Of a DNA stretch of 64,000 nucleotides, positions 25,187 to 37,481 are shown one piece after another (position 1 is the stretch's first letter; each line of letters starts with the position of its first letter). A model generated the notes under the pieces. The model saw only the letters and a program-made list of their open reading frames with translations. It was not told where the DNA came from and did not search any database. Source of the stretch: Podospora anserina. Its lineage: Eukaryota. The position numbers and the translations under genes are program-made. Location of the stretch: NCBI GenBank assembly GCA_017654855.1, contig CM030334.1, positions 3,782,001 to 3,846,000 on the forward strand, in the 5' to 3' direction.

Positions 25187-26032
25187 AAGGCTGAGCAGGC
25201 ATTCAGGCAAGCAGCCGAAGCACGTACCCGTATTGATGGCAGCAGTGCTCACTCTCAGCTCCGAAGTTCTCCTCCCAGAGTGGCTCAGGAAATCGTCGAC
25301 GATGCAGTTCACCGCAGTGTTGAGAGGGCGCGCCTTGTCCACACCCTTGCACTCAGTGGTCGGGAACGTGATGTAGCTCGCCGGGAAGAGGCTGTCGGGC
25401 AGCGGGAATATGCGGTCTGGGATCAGGAACAGGAGCTTTGGCGCGAACAAAAGAAGCTGAAGCAACAGCGGGAAGCATTCCGTCAACAACAGAGAGCGCT
25501 CGATCTCCGTGAGGTTGCCATACGTGGCCGCGAAAATAACCTTGACGCGCTGTTTCATGCCCGGGAACTCCGTCTAGAGGCTCGTGAGGCCGAGGTGGTA
25601 CGACGCGAAAAGGCAGCAAACGAGCGGGACACGGGGGTATATCACCGCATCAGACAGGTTGGTTTGCGAGAAGAGGAGGTGTACCGGCGAGAGATGGCTG
25701 TCTATGAGCTGGAGCAGCATGGCTCTTCATCTTCACCGGATATCACTCCTTTGCCAGAGAGCAACTCCTCTTCACTGGAGATCAACTCCTCGTCATTGGA
25801 GATCAGCTCTTCGCCCATTCGTGGTATCTTCACTTCTTCGGCCGACACCACATGGTCCACAGAGCCGACTGAGAATCAGACAAGTGTAGACATGGAGGAT
25901 CCGGAAAGCAGATATAACTGCAGATTTCACGGTAGTGGCCGTTCAAGGTCAAGTGAGCCTGTTGAACGGAGAAATGAGGCAGTCCATGGAAGTGGCAATG
26001 TCCGTGAAGCACCTTCCTTCAGGAGACGATGA
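25187..26032 (+). CDS. In-frame coiled-coil C-terminal extension of the 21604 gene (no ATG of its own near the start)
   Basis: Same frame as 22169-25186 and open from 25187 to the TGA at 26030. RE-rich coiled coil (REEAVGQREYAVWDQEQELWREQKKLKQQRE...). Confidence 0.6.
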   Translation, partial: KAEQAFRQAAEARTRIDGSSAHSQLRSSPPRVAQEIVDDAVHRSVERARLVHTLALSGRERDVARREEAVGQREYAVWDQEQELWREQKKLKQQREAFRQQQRALDLREVAIRGRENNLDALFHARELRLEAREAEVVRREKAANERDTGVYHRIRQVGLREEEVYRREMAVYELEQHGSSSSPDITPLPESNSSSLEINSSSLEISSSPIRGIFTSSADTTWSTEPTENQTSVDMEDPESRYNCRFHGSGRSRSSEPVERRNEAVHGSGNVREAPSFRRR

Positions 26033-27525
26033 GTACGCCAAAGAAGGGTCTTCGATTTGTTGAGGGCAAAGCAGAGAGAGGAGGTGGGGTTGATGGTATT
26101 GGGAGTGATAAGGGAGGAAGTAACGGAGAAGGGGGCAGGCGTAGGACGAGCAACGATAGAGACAAATGTAGAGTGGGTATGATTAATGTTGTATATGTTG
26201 TTGATACTTGCTGTTGGTGGACTGTGTGAGTGTGTGACTGAAGTCAAGGTGGGGGGGGGGGGGATCAGGGATTGCCAGCCCCGCGTGGGTGTGTGCACGG
26301 CGTGTCCATCACAGGCGGCTCCACTCTGTGTGAGGGCCTAGACTACCCCACTTGGAAGCATTGGCAGAAACTGGGCGCGCAGAATTGTGAATTGCCTGCA
26401 ATTGCCTGGCGAGCTAGCTCATCATGGTCAGTCATGGCGAAACATGAACCTTCCTGAGGTAGTTCAAGAAGCTAACACAAGATCACAGAAGACGATCCAA
26501 ATCTCGTGCCGCCTACAACACTCCCTCGGACCTACCTCCGAGCACAGGTGGAGAAACATCTCCGGTGTCGAGTTATAATTACCTGCCATCATCAAAACGG
26601 CTCAAACGGGAGTTACGGATATCCAACCTAATTATAACCTTAATCATGGCTGTTACATGCCGCCGACGACGGTATGCAGCAAGTCCATCCAACCACTTTC
26701 CGATAGATGAGTCCTCACTCTTCTTGTTCTTCCCTCGTCTTCTTGTGTGGCAATATACTGTGTTGCTGAGGTAGCATCCGCATCGAAAGAGGTCACCTGC
26801 ACCTGCATATGCATCTCTAGAAGAACGTTGAGCTCGGTTGAACAAGAAGATCCCCTCGTCTTATCTGCGATATCATCTTGTCTTTTTCCCCGCCTCAATT
26901 TCCACGGTGAGATTTTAACACCAAGATCGTCACTCTATCTCGCAAACACTGCCCGTCTCCTCCTTCCCGCCCGCCCGGACACCACGCCGGCGCCGAGTGG
27001 TTCAAGAGTGCGGCCCGCAAACACGAAAAGGTGAGTTTCCACACGGCTAGCTCCCCCGGCGTTTTCCTTTCCCCATCCCGGCTAGATTAGCCCGTCGTGA
27101 TACCCCCGTCGCCGAACCTTGGTGCCACTGGTCGCTCAGCACCCGCAAGTGGACCTCTCTCGCGATGGCTTGAAAAGAAAGGGGCCCTGCCCTTGTTTGT
27201 TTTGCCAGAGGGCGGGCGCTCTCTTTCTCGCTCATTGCTGACGAGACTACTCCTCCCCACTACACTCAAAACATCTCAACCCTTGTTGACATCATTTTAA
27301 CTCTTTTTTTTTTCTTAATAGAACTCCAAGAAGTAATATCTTTGACCTTCTTCCCGGCTTCCAATTCACGGCTGGCACCACCTACTTCTGTTTTGCTTTT
27401 TTCTCGGGCACGGCAAACGAGACGGCGGGGAAAACGACATCTTCAACGACAGACGAACCAAGACCCCCTAATAAACCCAATTCAGGCTCAAAACTAAAAT
27501 AATTTGTAATACATCACGCACCAAC

Positions 27526-28110
27526 ATGTGCCGCAAAGTAGTCTTCGCCGGCATGTGCTCCCACTGCAACGGCGGCCCCTTCGAATGGACCCTCCTCTCC
27601 CGCGAGCTCCCCTGCCTCGATGCGAAAAACAGCGGCCTCTTTGGCGGCTGCCCGACCGGCGTCGAGAGGGACGAGAAGCAACACGAGCAAGAATGCGCCG
27701 CCTGCGAGGCGCTGCTGGGCGCGGACGAGGGCTACGGGCCCGGCATGGAGGACGAAGAGACACTCGGGTTTGTGGGTTACTACACCGGCGACTTTGGCGC
27801 CATCCCCCCCCCCACCACCACCACCACCGCCAGCAATCCCACCGGTAGTGGTGATGGCCATCCCAGTCACATCACGCATCATCATCATCATCACGTCAAG
27901 AAGGGGAGCGGGGAGTACCACGACTGGAACGTGGTGGCTGTTGGTGCTGCTGCTGCTGCTGCTGCGGATCATGACTATCATCACAAGAAAGCATACAGTG
28001 CTGACAAGAGTGTTGCTGGTGGGCAGGCGTCAGGGATGAGGCGATCGTCAGAGAGGAGGGGGAGCGGGGGGGATGAGTCGAGGAGGAAGAAGAAGCAGCG
28101 CAAGACTTGA
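27526..28110 (+). CDS. Small hypothetical protein with an N-terminal Cys cluster (possible zinc binding), His/Ala tracts and a basic NLS-like tail
   Basis: MCRKVVFAGMCSHC..LPCL.AKN.G.FG.C..EC.AC. ATG in a CCAACATG context; C-terminal RRKKKQRK. Confidence 0.7.
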   Translation: MCRKVVFAGMCSHCNGGPFEWTLLSRELPCLDAKNSGLFGGCPTGVERDEKQHEQECAACEALLGADEGYGPGMEDEETLGFVGYYTGDFGAIPPPTTTTTASNPTGSGDGHPSHITHHHHHHVKKGSGEYHDWNVVAVGAAAAAAADHDYHHKKAYSADKSVAGGQASGMRRSSERRGSGGDESRRKKKQRKT

Positions 28111-28755
28111 GAGGGCGACAAAGAAAAGGGAGGGAAAATAAATACGAGAAACGATCGAGCCGCGGAAACAAGCGTTGCGGGGAACCCGGCAGCCGGAGGG
28201 AGATATTCCACGCCACCACGATTTACAGACATACTCGTATCACGCTGCGATATCACCACCAAGATATAGGCCGAGATTACGGGCACAAACTACCAAACAC
28301 CGTGCCAGTCCTACGATAGCCCTGCGGGAAACGAGTCGAAACAAGCGCATAGGAACGACGAGGACTGTCAACAGGAAATGTGCAGGCCGACAAAGCTACC
28401 TGGTTTTGGCTTCGGATACGATGCGGAGTTTTGTGGATGTCCAAACGGTGGCCAGGAGAATCGAAGCATGGCGCATGGAGTACGGACGGATGAGGAAAAG
28501 TTAACACGATACCCCGGGCACGGATTTGAGCGTGGAAGCACAGGACAGCAAAGTATATTTGAGCGAGCATTGCTGGAGCATATTTATCTGAGAACTTGAG
28601 AGCATACCAAAAATACAACCATCTAAACACACCTCTCTCCAGACCCATATCTTCTCCGTCAAGATATGTACCACATATTGGAGACTGCTTCCTGAACAAA
28701 GGCCTCGGCTAGTGCTGATTAAGCCTTGCCTCTTTGAACCCTAATTCTACCCATT

Positions 28756-28780
28756 CAACAACAACAACAACAACAACAAC
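28756..28780. repeat. (CAA)n microsatellite
   Basis: About 8 CAA units downstream of the DUF829-like gene. Confidence 0.85.
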
Positions 28781-28822
28781 ACCCCCCCCCATCTAGTCTA
28801 CCAGACGCCATCTCTCCTCCAT

Positions 28823-29707
28823 CTACTCCAACCTCCCCTCCCACAACCCCCTAACAACCCCCCAATACCTCTCCTGATTCCCCTCCCCCCTCCCATGCGC
28901 CACATGCCCCGTCCCCCTAAACTTTTCCAACCTCACGACCGCAAACCCGTTCCTGCTTGCCTCCTCGGCATGGCTCTCCACATCCCTCCAATGCACCAGC
29001 TCATCCCCCTCGCTGTAGATATACCCCCTCCTCACCTCCCTCCCCCCCAGCTTCCCCCAGTCATTGTGCCCCCTGTTCAAATACGCCAACGGTCCCGTCT
29101 TGTTCCTCCCAATAAAAACATGCCAGAACCACCCCCACGCACAGAAGAGGTGGAGCATCGGCGCGACTAACCAGTACACCACCCCCTTTGACCCAGCAGA
29201 GAAGGCTTTGAACGCAGACAAGTACCTGTACTGGCCGGGACAAGAGTCGTAGATGATGACATATCTGGGCAGGGCCTCGGGGGTTAGGGCCTGGCGGAGG
29301 TGGTGCAGCATTAAACTGCCGCCGTTGGACCAGAGGTGGATCAGCACTTCTGGCTTGGTCTTGTCACCTGGGGTTGGTGACCCGACAAAAAGGGATTTAA
29401 CAAAGGGCACCACGGGAGCGACGTCGTTCGGCGCCGAGGTTTTGGAGAAGAAGTGGCGTGGTTCGGAACGTAGCAGGACGATGGAGGAGGAGGGGTAGAG
29501 GGACTGATAGGGGAGGAGGTATTTGGCTATATGGACGTCACGGGCACCCATCCAGGTGGCTAGGAGAAGGAGTTTTGGGTCGTTGTTCTGGGAGGTGCTG
29601 TTGGTAGATGTGGGAGGGGTGTAAACGTAGGCTGAGGGTGAGACTTTGGTCATGAAGTCGAGGGGGTTGTTGGGTTTGGTGAGAGGGGTGGGGGTGTTGG
29701 AGGCCAT
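28823..29707 (-). CDS. DUF829/TMEM53/PaxU-like alpha/beta-hydrolase-fold protein
   Basis: WMGA...HIAKY, IHLWSNGG, IYDSCPG, YIYSEGDELVHWRDVESHA and F.GT.HVAH.R....YW. Confidence 0.85.
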   Translation of the reverse strand: MASNTPTPLTKPNNPLDFMTKVSPSAYVYTPPTSTNSTSQNNDPKLLLLATWMGARDVHIAKYLLPYQSLYPSSSIVLLRSEPRHFFSKTSAPNDVAPVVPFVKSLFVGSPTPGDKTKPEVLIHLWSNGGSLMLHHLRQALTPEALPRYVIIYDSCPGQYRYLSAFKAFSAGSKGVVYWLVAPMLHLFCAWGWFWHVFIGRNKTGPLAYLNRGHNDWGKLGGREVRRGYIYSEGDELVHWRDVESHAEEASRNGFAVVRLEKFRGTGHVAHGRGEGNQERYWGVVRGLWEGRLE

Positions 29708-31390
29708 TGTCGCGATGGGGTGTGTTGAAGACTACCTAGACTTGGGAAATACTGGAAAATAAAAATCCGACGTGAGAAGGTGAGGCGCCTGATATAAAAA
29801 CAAAAGCCAAAAGTGGTTGGGGCGTCGACAAAAAGTCCTGGCCGCGGCACCCCTGTCTCTCAACACATTGCCAAGGCGTCATCCCGCACTCACTTTGAAA
29901 GGCGCCCCACCAGCAAACTGGTGGGGCCGGCGTCAAAAGATTCCATTTTCGGACTTATTATATGCTCTCTCACAAGACGAGACGAACAACAGGTGGCTGT
30001 GTTAATTTACCTGTGGCTAGCTACTATCTCATCCGCCATATGCAGCTCATAGACCAACGGCTTACAAATTGGAAAACTTGTTGAGAAAACAGTATGAAGG
30101 AAACAGCCCCGAACCGTTGGATCACATATCACGGAGCCGAGGCATTTCCCTTTTGAGATATCCTCAGCCTCAAGACGACATCTCGGTGAGCCAGCCGCAA
30201 AGAGCTCTGCCACCAAGATGGGTCTGATACATACACAGCATGTCACAGTCATGGCTACAAACCGCTTCGCACAGTTCAATATACACTAGCTAATCAGGTA
30301 TCAATTCCTCCCTCCCGTTATCCTCACTTGCCCTACCCATTCCCCGTTTTTATTGTCGCCTCACCGAAAGGCTTCCCCGAGGCCTGCTAATATACACCCA
30401 GACCCATTAGATAGTTCAGATCGGTCAAACGCATATCCCGTAGGTAGTATCGCTATGCAGTCACGATATGCATGTCGAGCGAAGAACAAGAGATGCTCTT
30501 GTGAACCGGTAGAAATGACGCATAACCGCTGCAAACAAGCATCAAGACGAAAACCGCATGAATGTTGCCAGGAGATGCAAGCTGCTGAAAAGAAAAAGAG
30601 ACGAGATAAGAAAAGGCGCTTCGGGGAAAACCGCCCAGAATAAAATATATCCGCTGTTTGCGGATGCAGAAAGAGGCGTGCTTGGCTGGAGCTCACCCAT
30701 ATCCATGGATTCAATGTGGCGGGAACGGATCCAATACCATACCGAGCCTCCTGGGTTGTGTGTGGCCAAAGAAGAGATCAATGTCTGGCTGTGTGAGGCT
30801 CCATACAGACCTGACACCTGCGCTGTCAAAGCAGCCCTCGGCCACCTGCTGTCGCATAGCATCATTGCATCGACAAGCGAACAGCAACAGACGTGCGCCG
30901 AAAGGCCAGGTGAAGCAGGACTATCCTGTGATGGTCAAGTTGTCTCAGTCATCATCAATGACAATGCATCAGATGGCATCCGGGCAACAAGGCGCAATGC
31001 AGGGCGAGAGAAACAGCACGGCCGTCAACATCATGTCCAAACCGCGGAGGGAGACTCCGAAGTGAGTCCTGGCCCACCGTGGTACGCGGCCAAAGATATC
31101 GAATAAGAAATGTCCGTGGCAGGCGGCCGGAAGCCTGCGAAAAAAGCGCGCTGGAATGAAATGTTCGTACTCGTACAGTCATCAGAAAACAACAGTCCGG
31201 TAGGGGGCTGAATGCATGAGCTTGTTTCATGCCTTGGTATCATGAATATGTGAGTGCCGCAAAGAAAGAGAGTTCATGGTGCAGGGTCAAGACGGCAGCA
31301 ATGCAGCAGCGAAAATGTCATGACGTGTCAGTCGGATGAGCGGGCCTTTTCATCAACAATCGCATCAAAGAATCTCAGATCATGGCGCAA

Positions 31391-33357
31391 TCAGGAGGAG
31401 CCGGCGCCAGGAGGCTGGGGAGCCCCGGTCTGGCCACCGAGTTGAGCACCATATTGGGACTGCCACCAGAGCGCGACATAAGCATCATAACCGCCATCTG
31501 GGAAGCCATGTCAGTCAAGGTACAGCGCTGGTTGTATGGGGACAAGAACACTTACAAGCAGCATAGGGATCAGCTTCGCCTCCCGCGCCGGCAGCAGGAG
31601 CTGCACTGCTAGCGGGCATGGACTGGGGAGCGTTCTGTTGGTTAGATGCGTGGCCATAGTTCGGGTTGTCATAGTCACGGTGATGACCACGGGCACCACC
31701 ACCGTCACGATGACCACCACGACCACCTCCACCGGACTTGTTCTGCTGTGGTCTGTGTTAGCAAGACAGGCCCAAAGACCACGGGGAAGATTCTGTTACT
31801 TACAGCAGCTTCAACCTTCTCACGGATGGCAACCTTGGCACGCTCGATGCTATCGCGGCTGCCGACTAGCCCAATCTCGCGTTCCGTCTCGCCACTTCCA
31901 GAGGACTGGGACACATTGATCTTGCAGCCCGTGGTGTTCTGCATCTCCCGGATGGTCTCGCCGCCTTTGCCAATGATCATACCAACGGCATCCGAGGGCA
32001 CATAGATGGAATCATTGATTTTGTCTTGGCCACCGCCGCCATAGCCACCGTCGTTCCGAGGAGCGCGCGCGTTACCGCCAGTGGCCGTATTGCGGCTGTC
32101 ACTGTCCACAATTTCTAGGATGAGCTCCTTGGCATTCTTGGTGGCAGCTGGAGTGCCGATGAGGTTGACGGGACGAAGTCCGTTCACACTCTTGTTCTCC
32201 GAGACGATGTTGATGTGGCAGCCACTGCGTTCCTGAAGATCACGAATCGTCTCACCGCCACGACCGATAATAAGGCCCACGGTTCTATCAGGGACCATAA
32301 TCACAAGCGTATCTTCACCTTCTTTCGGGATGGGGGGAGCGTTGCGATCGGGACGGGGAGCATCACGGCCACCTCTGTCTCCGCCAAGATGGCCACCACC
32401 GCCGCCAGCAGGGGGTCCGCTGCGCATGCCGCTGTCCGCAATGATGCGATTGATCATGGCTTTGGCCTCTTCGCGTTGGGCGCGGGCGCCAGTGATTCTG
32501 CATACGCGATACGGCTCGGCCTCGTTCTCGGCGTTGATGAACTGGACGCGGCAACGGCTCTCACTCTCGACACGTCGAAGGTTCTCGCCCTGGCGGCCAA
32601 TAATGAGCCCTACCAAGCTCTTCTCCACTTGCATCGTTTCGACATTGTCTCCGCTGCCTCGAAGGGGAGACCGATCTCTGTCACGACCGCCACCACCATG
32701 GTGACCACGGGGGGAGAAACCCTGACGGCGGGGGGAAAAGGAGCGGTCGCGCCCATAGTCGCGACTCGGGGCGCCGTAGTCCCGGCGCTCGTCTCGGTAA
32801 GGGTTGCTGTCACGAAAACCTTCACGGCCTCGGGGACTTCTGGACCGGGATCTCTGTTGGTATCCGCGAGAGTCGGAACCTCGATCACCGGGATACCCAG
32901 CATTGTGTCGGTCATAAGGGGTCAAGCCAGCCTGGGTGGCAGAAGCTTTAGCTCGCTCGATGGCCTCCTGGAACGATAGAGCCCCTGTAGAGTCGGGTCT
33001 GATTGAGCTCAAATCGATATTGCCGCTCGAAGTAGGCTGAGGGTAAGAGTAGGCCGCAGGAGGTGGGGGCTGGTAAGCAGGCGGTGCGACTTGAGGGGGA
33101 TATGGGTTATGCGCCGGAGGAGCACCATAAGGCGCCTGGGGCAGAGAGGGAGGAGGGCCAGGCTGGCCAGGCTGGGCGACAGGAGGAGTCGCATTGGCAG
33201 GTCTCTGGGAATCTGCGAGTAATTGACATTAGATCTCAACTGCCACCACCACCACCACCACCACCACCACCACCACAAGTGAAGCGCGCGCTCAGAAGAT
33301 GATCTTACCCTGGAGCAGCTGAAGGATGGAGCTGAGGTCAGCGGTGGGATTAGCCAT
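31391..33357 (-). CDS. KH-domain RNA-binding protein (FUBP/KHSRP-like, three KH domains)
   Basis: Three VG.IIG(R/K)xGE KH motifs, an SR-rich region and a C-terminal ADPYAAYGGYDAYVALW motif. Start MANPTADLSSILQLL at 33357; three introns. Confidence 0.9.
33243..33276. repeat. (CCA)n/(TGG)n microsatellite within intron 1 of the KH gene
   Basis: About 11 CCA units between the GTAAGA donor and the CTAAT branch site. Confidence 0.85.
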
Positions 33358-34944
33358 CTTGACGAATTATCGCGACGACTTGAGGGTCGAAAATAGGGAG
33401 AGACCGAGAGATTGATTGGGTATAGCACTTTGCAATGATGATACTGAGAGATGAATTGGTATCGATGCGGGCAAAGACAACGCAAAGCGCAGCGGCAAAA
33501 GCGAGGTTGGTCTAGTGTCGCAAGCGATGGCGACAGAGACGGGATAAGGAAAAGCAACGCTGAGGCGAGTCGCAGTCTCTCCAAGAGATGCCGCACGACG
33601 GAAGGATGCAGCAGCAGCTGGTTGAGCCTCAGTTGCGTGGGATTCAAGGTCGAGATGCCGAAGACTGTTGAGATGGCGGAAGCCAGAGGGAGAGGCAGAG
33701 AACAAAGGGCTGGCGTCACAATGATTGCGATTGGTGGTTTGTGGCTGCAGGAAAGTCTCTGGGCCAGCCACTTGTAGCAAGAGTTTTCAGAGGCGCCACA
33801 TCTTTCAAGCCTGGTTGTTTTGTGGGTATACTGACTTGTGGCTTGCCATTCACCTACGCACAGACGTGATCGGACCAACCGATAGAGTCGATAAGGCAAT
33901 CAGGCCGATAACGATAACATTGATAAGACCAAGTGAATGCCTGAAGTGTAAGGTTCAACAGCGTGGAGGGGGACGATGGCCTACAGGAGCATAAAATTGT
34001 GTAGATATCCATGATAAGATGGACTAGCCATAGTCAAGACTTTGTATGTGGACAGAGTCATTCAAACTAAACGTACAATGGCTGTTTAGGCTCCATTGAC
34101 ACATTCACCAGCATGAACTGTCGAGAAAGAACCCAGACAGGCAGGCAGTTGGAGTTGACCACCTCAGACCCATTGGCGTTGATTCAAAAGACAGCCGCAG
34201 AACAGACTCACTGCTATAGAACAGGAGATCTGTGTGTACAGTCTCTGTGACAGGAAGCCAAGGGAGAAACAGTGCACAGCTTACGGTTTGAGCAACACAA
34301 ACCACCTTGGACCGTTCTTGACAACGGGACCTTGCGCATCTTGTAACACTGAACTGAAATCTACTGCTCAGTCACGACCTCTCCAACTCTCTGGGGGCCC
34401 TTGGGTAAAGACTGGGGACGCCCTTTTTATCCTTCACATGGAAATCAATATAACTTCACTCACAATCCTGAGTTATATCAACGTGCCAGCTACCAGATAT
34501 GCCATTTCCATTTCATGGGCACCCATTCTTGCCTTCGTAGTGGAACTAGAAGGCCAATGCAACGTTTCAAGATCGCCCTCTTGCCGTTCCTATCCGCTTC
34601 TACTTCCTGCCGTTCCTGCTTTTCACCTGGACTTTCAACCTCTCATGTTCCCACTCGGTGCCGCCTGATGCCCATGTCGACTCCATGTCCCGAGTCCTCC
34701 AGGCAACCTTGTGCAATCCTCGGGGCCTTGATTCTGGAAGCCAATTCGGGCCCGGTACCTTGCCTTCACAATCAGGAGTACAAGACAATTTCCGTTGGGG
34801 ACACAGGACAAGAGGGTAGCCTGTTTTCCTACTTCTTTCCGATGTTCCCTCAGTCTCTTCGTTCTTTTCTCCTATTCATTCATTCTTTTCAGCAGAAGTC
34901 CGTCCTCTCATTAGCTTCGTCCTCTTAACCACAGTCGAAACACC

Positions 34945-36425
34945 ATGATGATCTCTGCTTGGTGGTGGGCTCTTGCCTGCTACATCTCTGCCGTAGAAGG
35001 CCGGGTAACCAGTCATCTTTACCGGCAGCTCAACAGCAATGCTCCCCCGGGCATCACATACACGCTGCCCAAAGGCTCCAATGCTCTGATTTCTGTCAAG
35101 AGCACCACCTCTTCATCAAAGCCATACATCCAGAAGCTTGAGCCAATCCGGAGCGGTTCTCTCACCAACAAACGATCTGTGGCCGCCCTCTTGGGCACCC
35201 ATCAACGCAGTGTCGGAGGTGTTGGCTACAGCAATGTTACGACAACAAATGCTTATGGAACACAATACGCCACCGAATCCTTTTGGGATGGTATCAAGGT
35301 CAAGCTCCTCCTCGACACTGGCAGCTCCGACACATGGGCCGTGGCCAAAAGCTTTCAATGCATCGACTATGCCGGCGGGTTTATTCCCCAGGATGCTTGC
35401 AGCTTCGGACCCTCTGCTGTCGAAAAGTTCCAGTATGGTCGGACTGAGCCTGTCTCCCACATGTACATCCAATACGGTGACGGCGAGACTGTGTCGGGGC
35501 CCATGGGATTCTCGGATATCAGTGTCGGCAACCTCACTGTTAACAGGCAACAGGTTTGTCTGGCGAATAGCACATACTGGCTCGGCAACAATGTTACCAG
35601 TGGGCTGCTGGGTATGGCGTTTCCTTCCTTGACCAATGCCTACCTCGGTGATGGCGACGATCACGAGATGGGGAGTGCCATTCAATACTCGCCGTTCTTT
35701 ACTTCGTTGGTAGAACAGGGAAAGATTGATCCCATTTTCAGTCTCACGATCGACCGCAACTCTTCGTCCGGGATTTTGGCTCTGGGGGGTATCGCGCCTG
35801 CCACTGGGCTGGATTTCACCAGGGAGGTGTCTATGGACATGATCATTGTGAGTCGTCGGCTTTGGCATGCAATGAGTGAGCAAGATCTGACTGCTGGGGT
35901 TTGCAGACAAACCTCATCGGAGTTCCGGCAGCATCCTACTCATATTCCTTCTACACAATCATTCCTGACGGCTGGTACTATGACCACACCACCAGCACCA
36001 AGAAGATCCCGTACATTGTTGACAGTGGGACCACATTGTGCTATCTCCCTCCCAGTAAGCGTTTGCTCGGCCGTCATTGCGGTATCGTCTGAATCTAATA
36101 TGCCATTACAGATCTTGCCGAAGCCATCAATTCCGCCTACTCCCCTCCGGCCGTCTACATGTGGATGTACGGTGCTTATTTCACCGACTGCAACGCAGTT
36201 TCGCCCCTGGTCGCCGTCATTCTCAACGGCATCAAGTACTGGATCAATCCGCAAGATATGATTTATCGGAACATGGTTGACCCCATCTCTGGCCTGTGCA
36301 TGACGGGAATCGCCAGTGGTGGTGCCGGGCCATATATCCTGGGTGATGTGTTTATGCAGAACGCCCTCTCCATTTTTGATATTGGACAGGCCAAAATGAG
36401 GTTTATCCCGAGAGATAAGTACTGA
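34945..36425 (+). CDS. Secreted pepsin-like aspartic protease (A1)
   Basis: Signal peptide, catalytic LLDTGSSDTW and IVDSGTT, flap YGDG, and ILGDVF. Two introns (~35848-35907 and ~36055-36111). Confidence 0.92.
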
Positions 36426-36877
36426 TCGGTTGAGATTTGAGTGCTGTATTTTGCAGACAGAGCAGGCAGTTGGGGAGATTTAGGGGACATGGTGATGGAC
36501 AAATGTACAACATCTCGCTGAGGGTTTTGGGCTGGCAGGTCGAACGTAATGAATGTCACAGTGCCATCTGTGTTGACCTTGATTTTATCATGCAGATTCT
36601 TTCTTGCAAAGAACAAGACATGTCCTCCAAAGCAACTTTATTTGACCCCCGAAGTCGTCGTCACCAGCCGTCGTCCCAGCTGCTACCATCTCTCCAGATC
36701 AAACCCGCCAGTCCCATGACCTCCCAACAGTCAGAATTGTTTACATCCATCCACCAATGACCCACCTTCTCTGCAAGTGTACCTACCTACAAGTACCTTT
36801 TCCCAATTCTTTACCCCCCCCCTTTCTTCCATACCTACCTACCCCCAGACCATCAACCACCAATCCAACCTCAAGCA

Positions 36878-37481
36878 ATGTCAACCCCCCAACAACGACC
36901 ACCCCCCAACAACGACCACCCCCCACCCCACCCAAAGCCATCATCTTCCGAAACTGAGGCTTCAAACTCTTCTACAGCTTCCCAGTAACCATCCACTTCC
37001 TCTACATAACCCTCGACTTCTGCCCCGACGTGGGGCCCCATCCCTACCGGTACTGGCCCCGGCACTCCTCCACCGAGCTCTTGACGTTCTTCACGAGGGC
37101 AGACCCCATCCTCAACGATGTCGACTTTTTGGTCGCGCAGCTGAGGTGGAACCTGATCGAGTTTGACGAGCGGAATCTGCCCGCTGATCGGGAGCATAGG
37201 GCGGGGAGGTTGAGGGAGATATTGAGGGACGCGGTGCTGGATGGGAAGGTGGGTTGTTTCTTTCGATGCTTAGCTAAAAGGGGTGGGTGGTGGCTGACGA
37301 GACGAAAAAGACTAGGGAGGATATCCATCCAACTGTTGAGGATATCATAAGTGATATTGAAAGGGAGCATGCCGAGGAGATGGAGAGGTGGAAGTGGGAG
37401 TATGATGGCTGTAGGGCAGAGGTGCTCAGGTGGCAGGCGGAGACGGGGAGAAGGTTGGCGGTGCTGGGGCGAGAAAAGTAA
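36878..37481 (+). pseudogene. Probable pseudogene of a small hypothetical protein
   Basis: The ATG at 36878 is put out of frame by a 17-bp tandem duplication (36885-36918). An in-frame TGA at 36955 interrupts an otherwise coding-like frame that continues through a GTGGGT..CTGAC..AAG intron to the TAA ending at 37481. Confidence 0.5.

Noticed and set aside
26033-26182. A further 49 open codons after the TGA at 26030
   Set aside because: It is a TGA stop with no hairpin, and purine-rich UTR sequence can stay open by chance. There is no independent support.
28795-28825. DUF829-like gene TAG stop as an editing site
   Set aside because: No stem, and another TAG follows within about 10 codons.
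30558-31106. 182-aa plus-strand ORF downstream of the KH gene
   Set aside because: No motifs or codon bias; most likely antisense to the KH gene 3' UTR.
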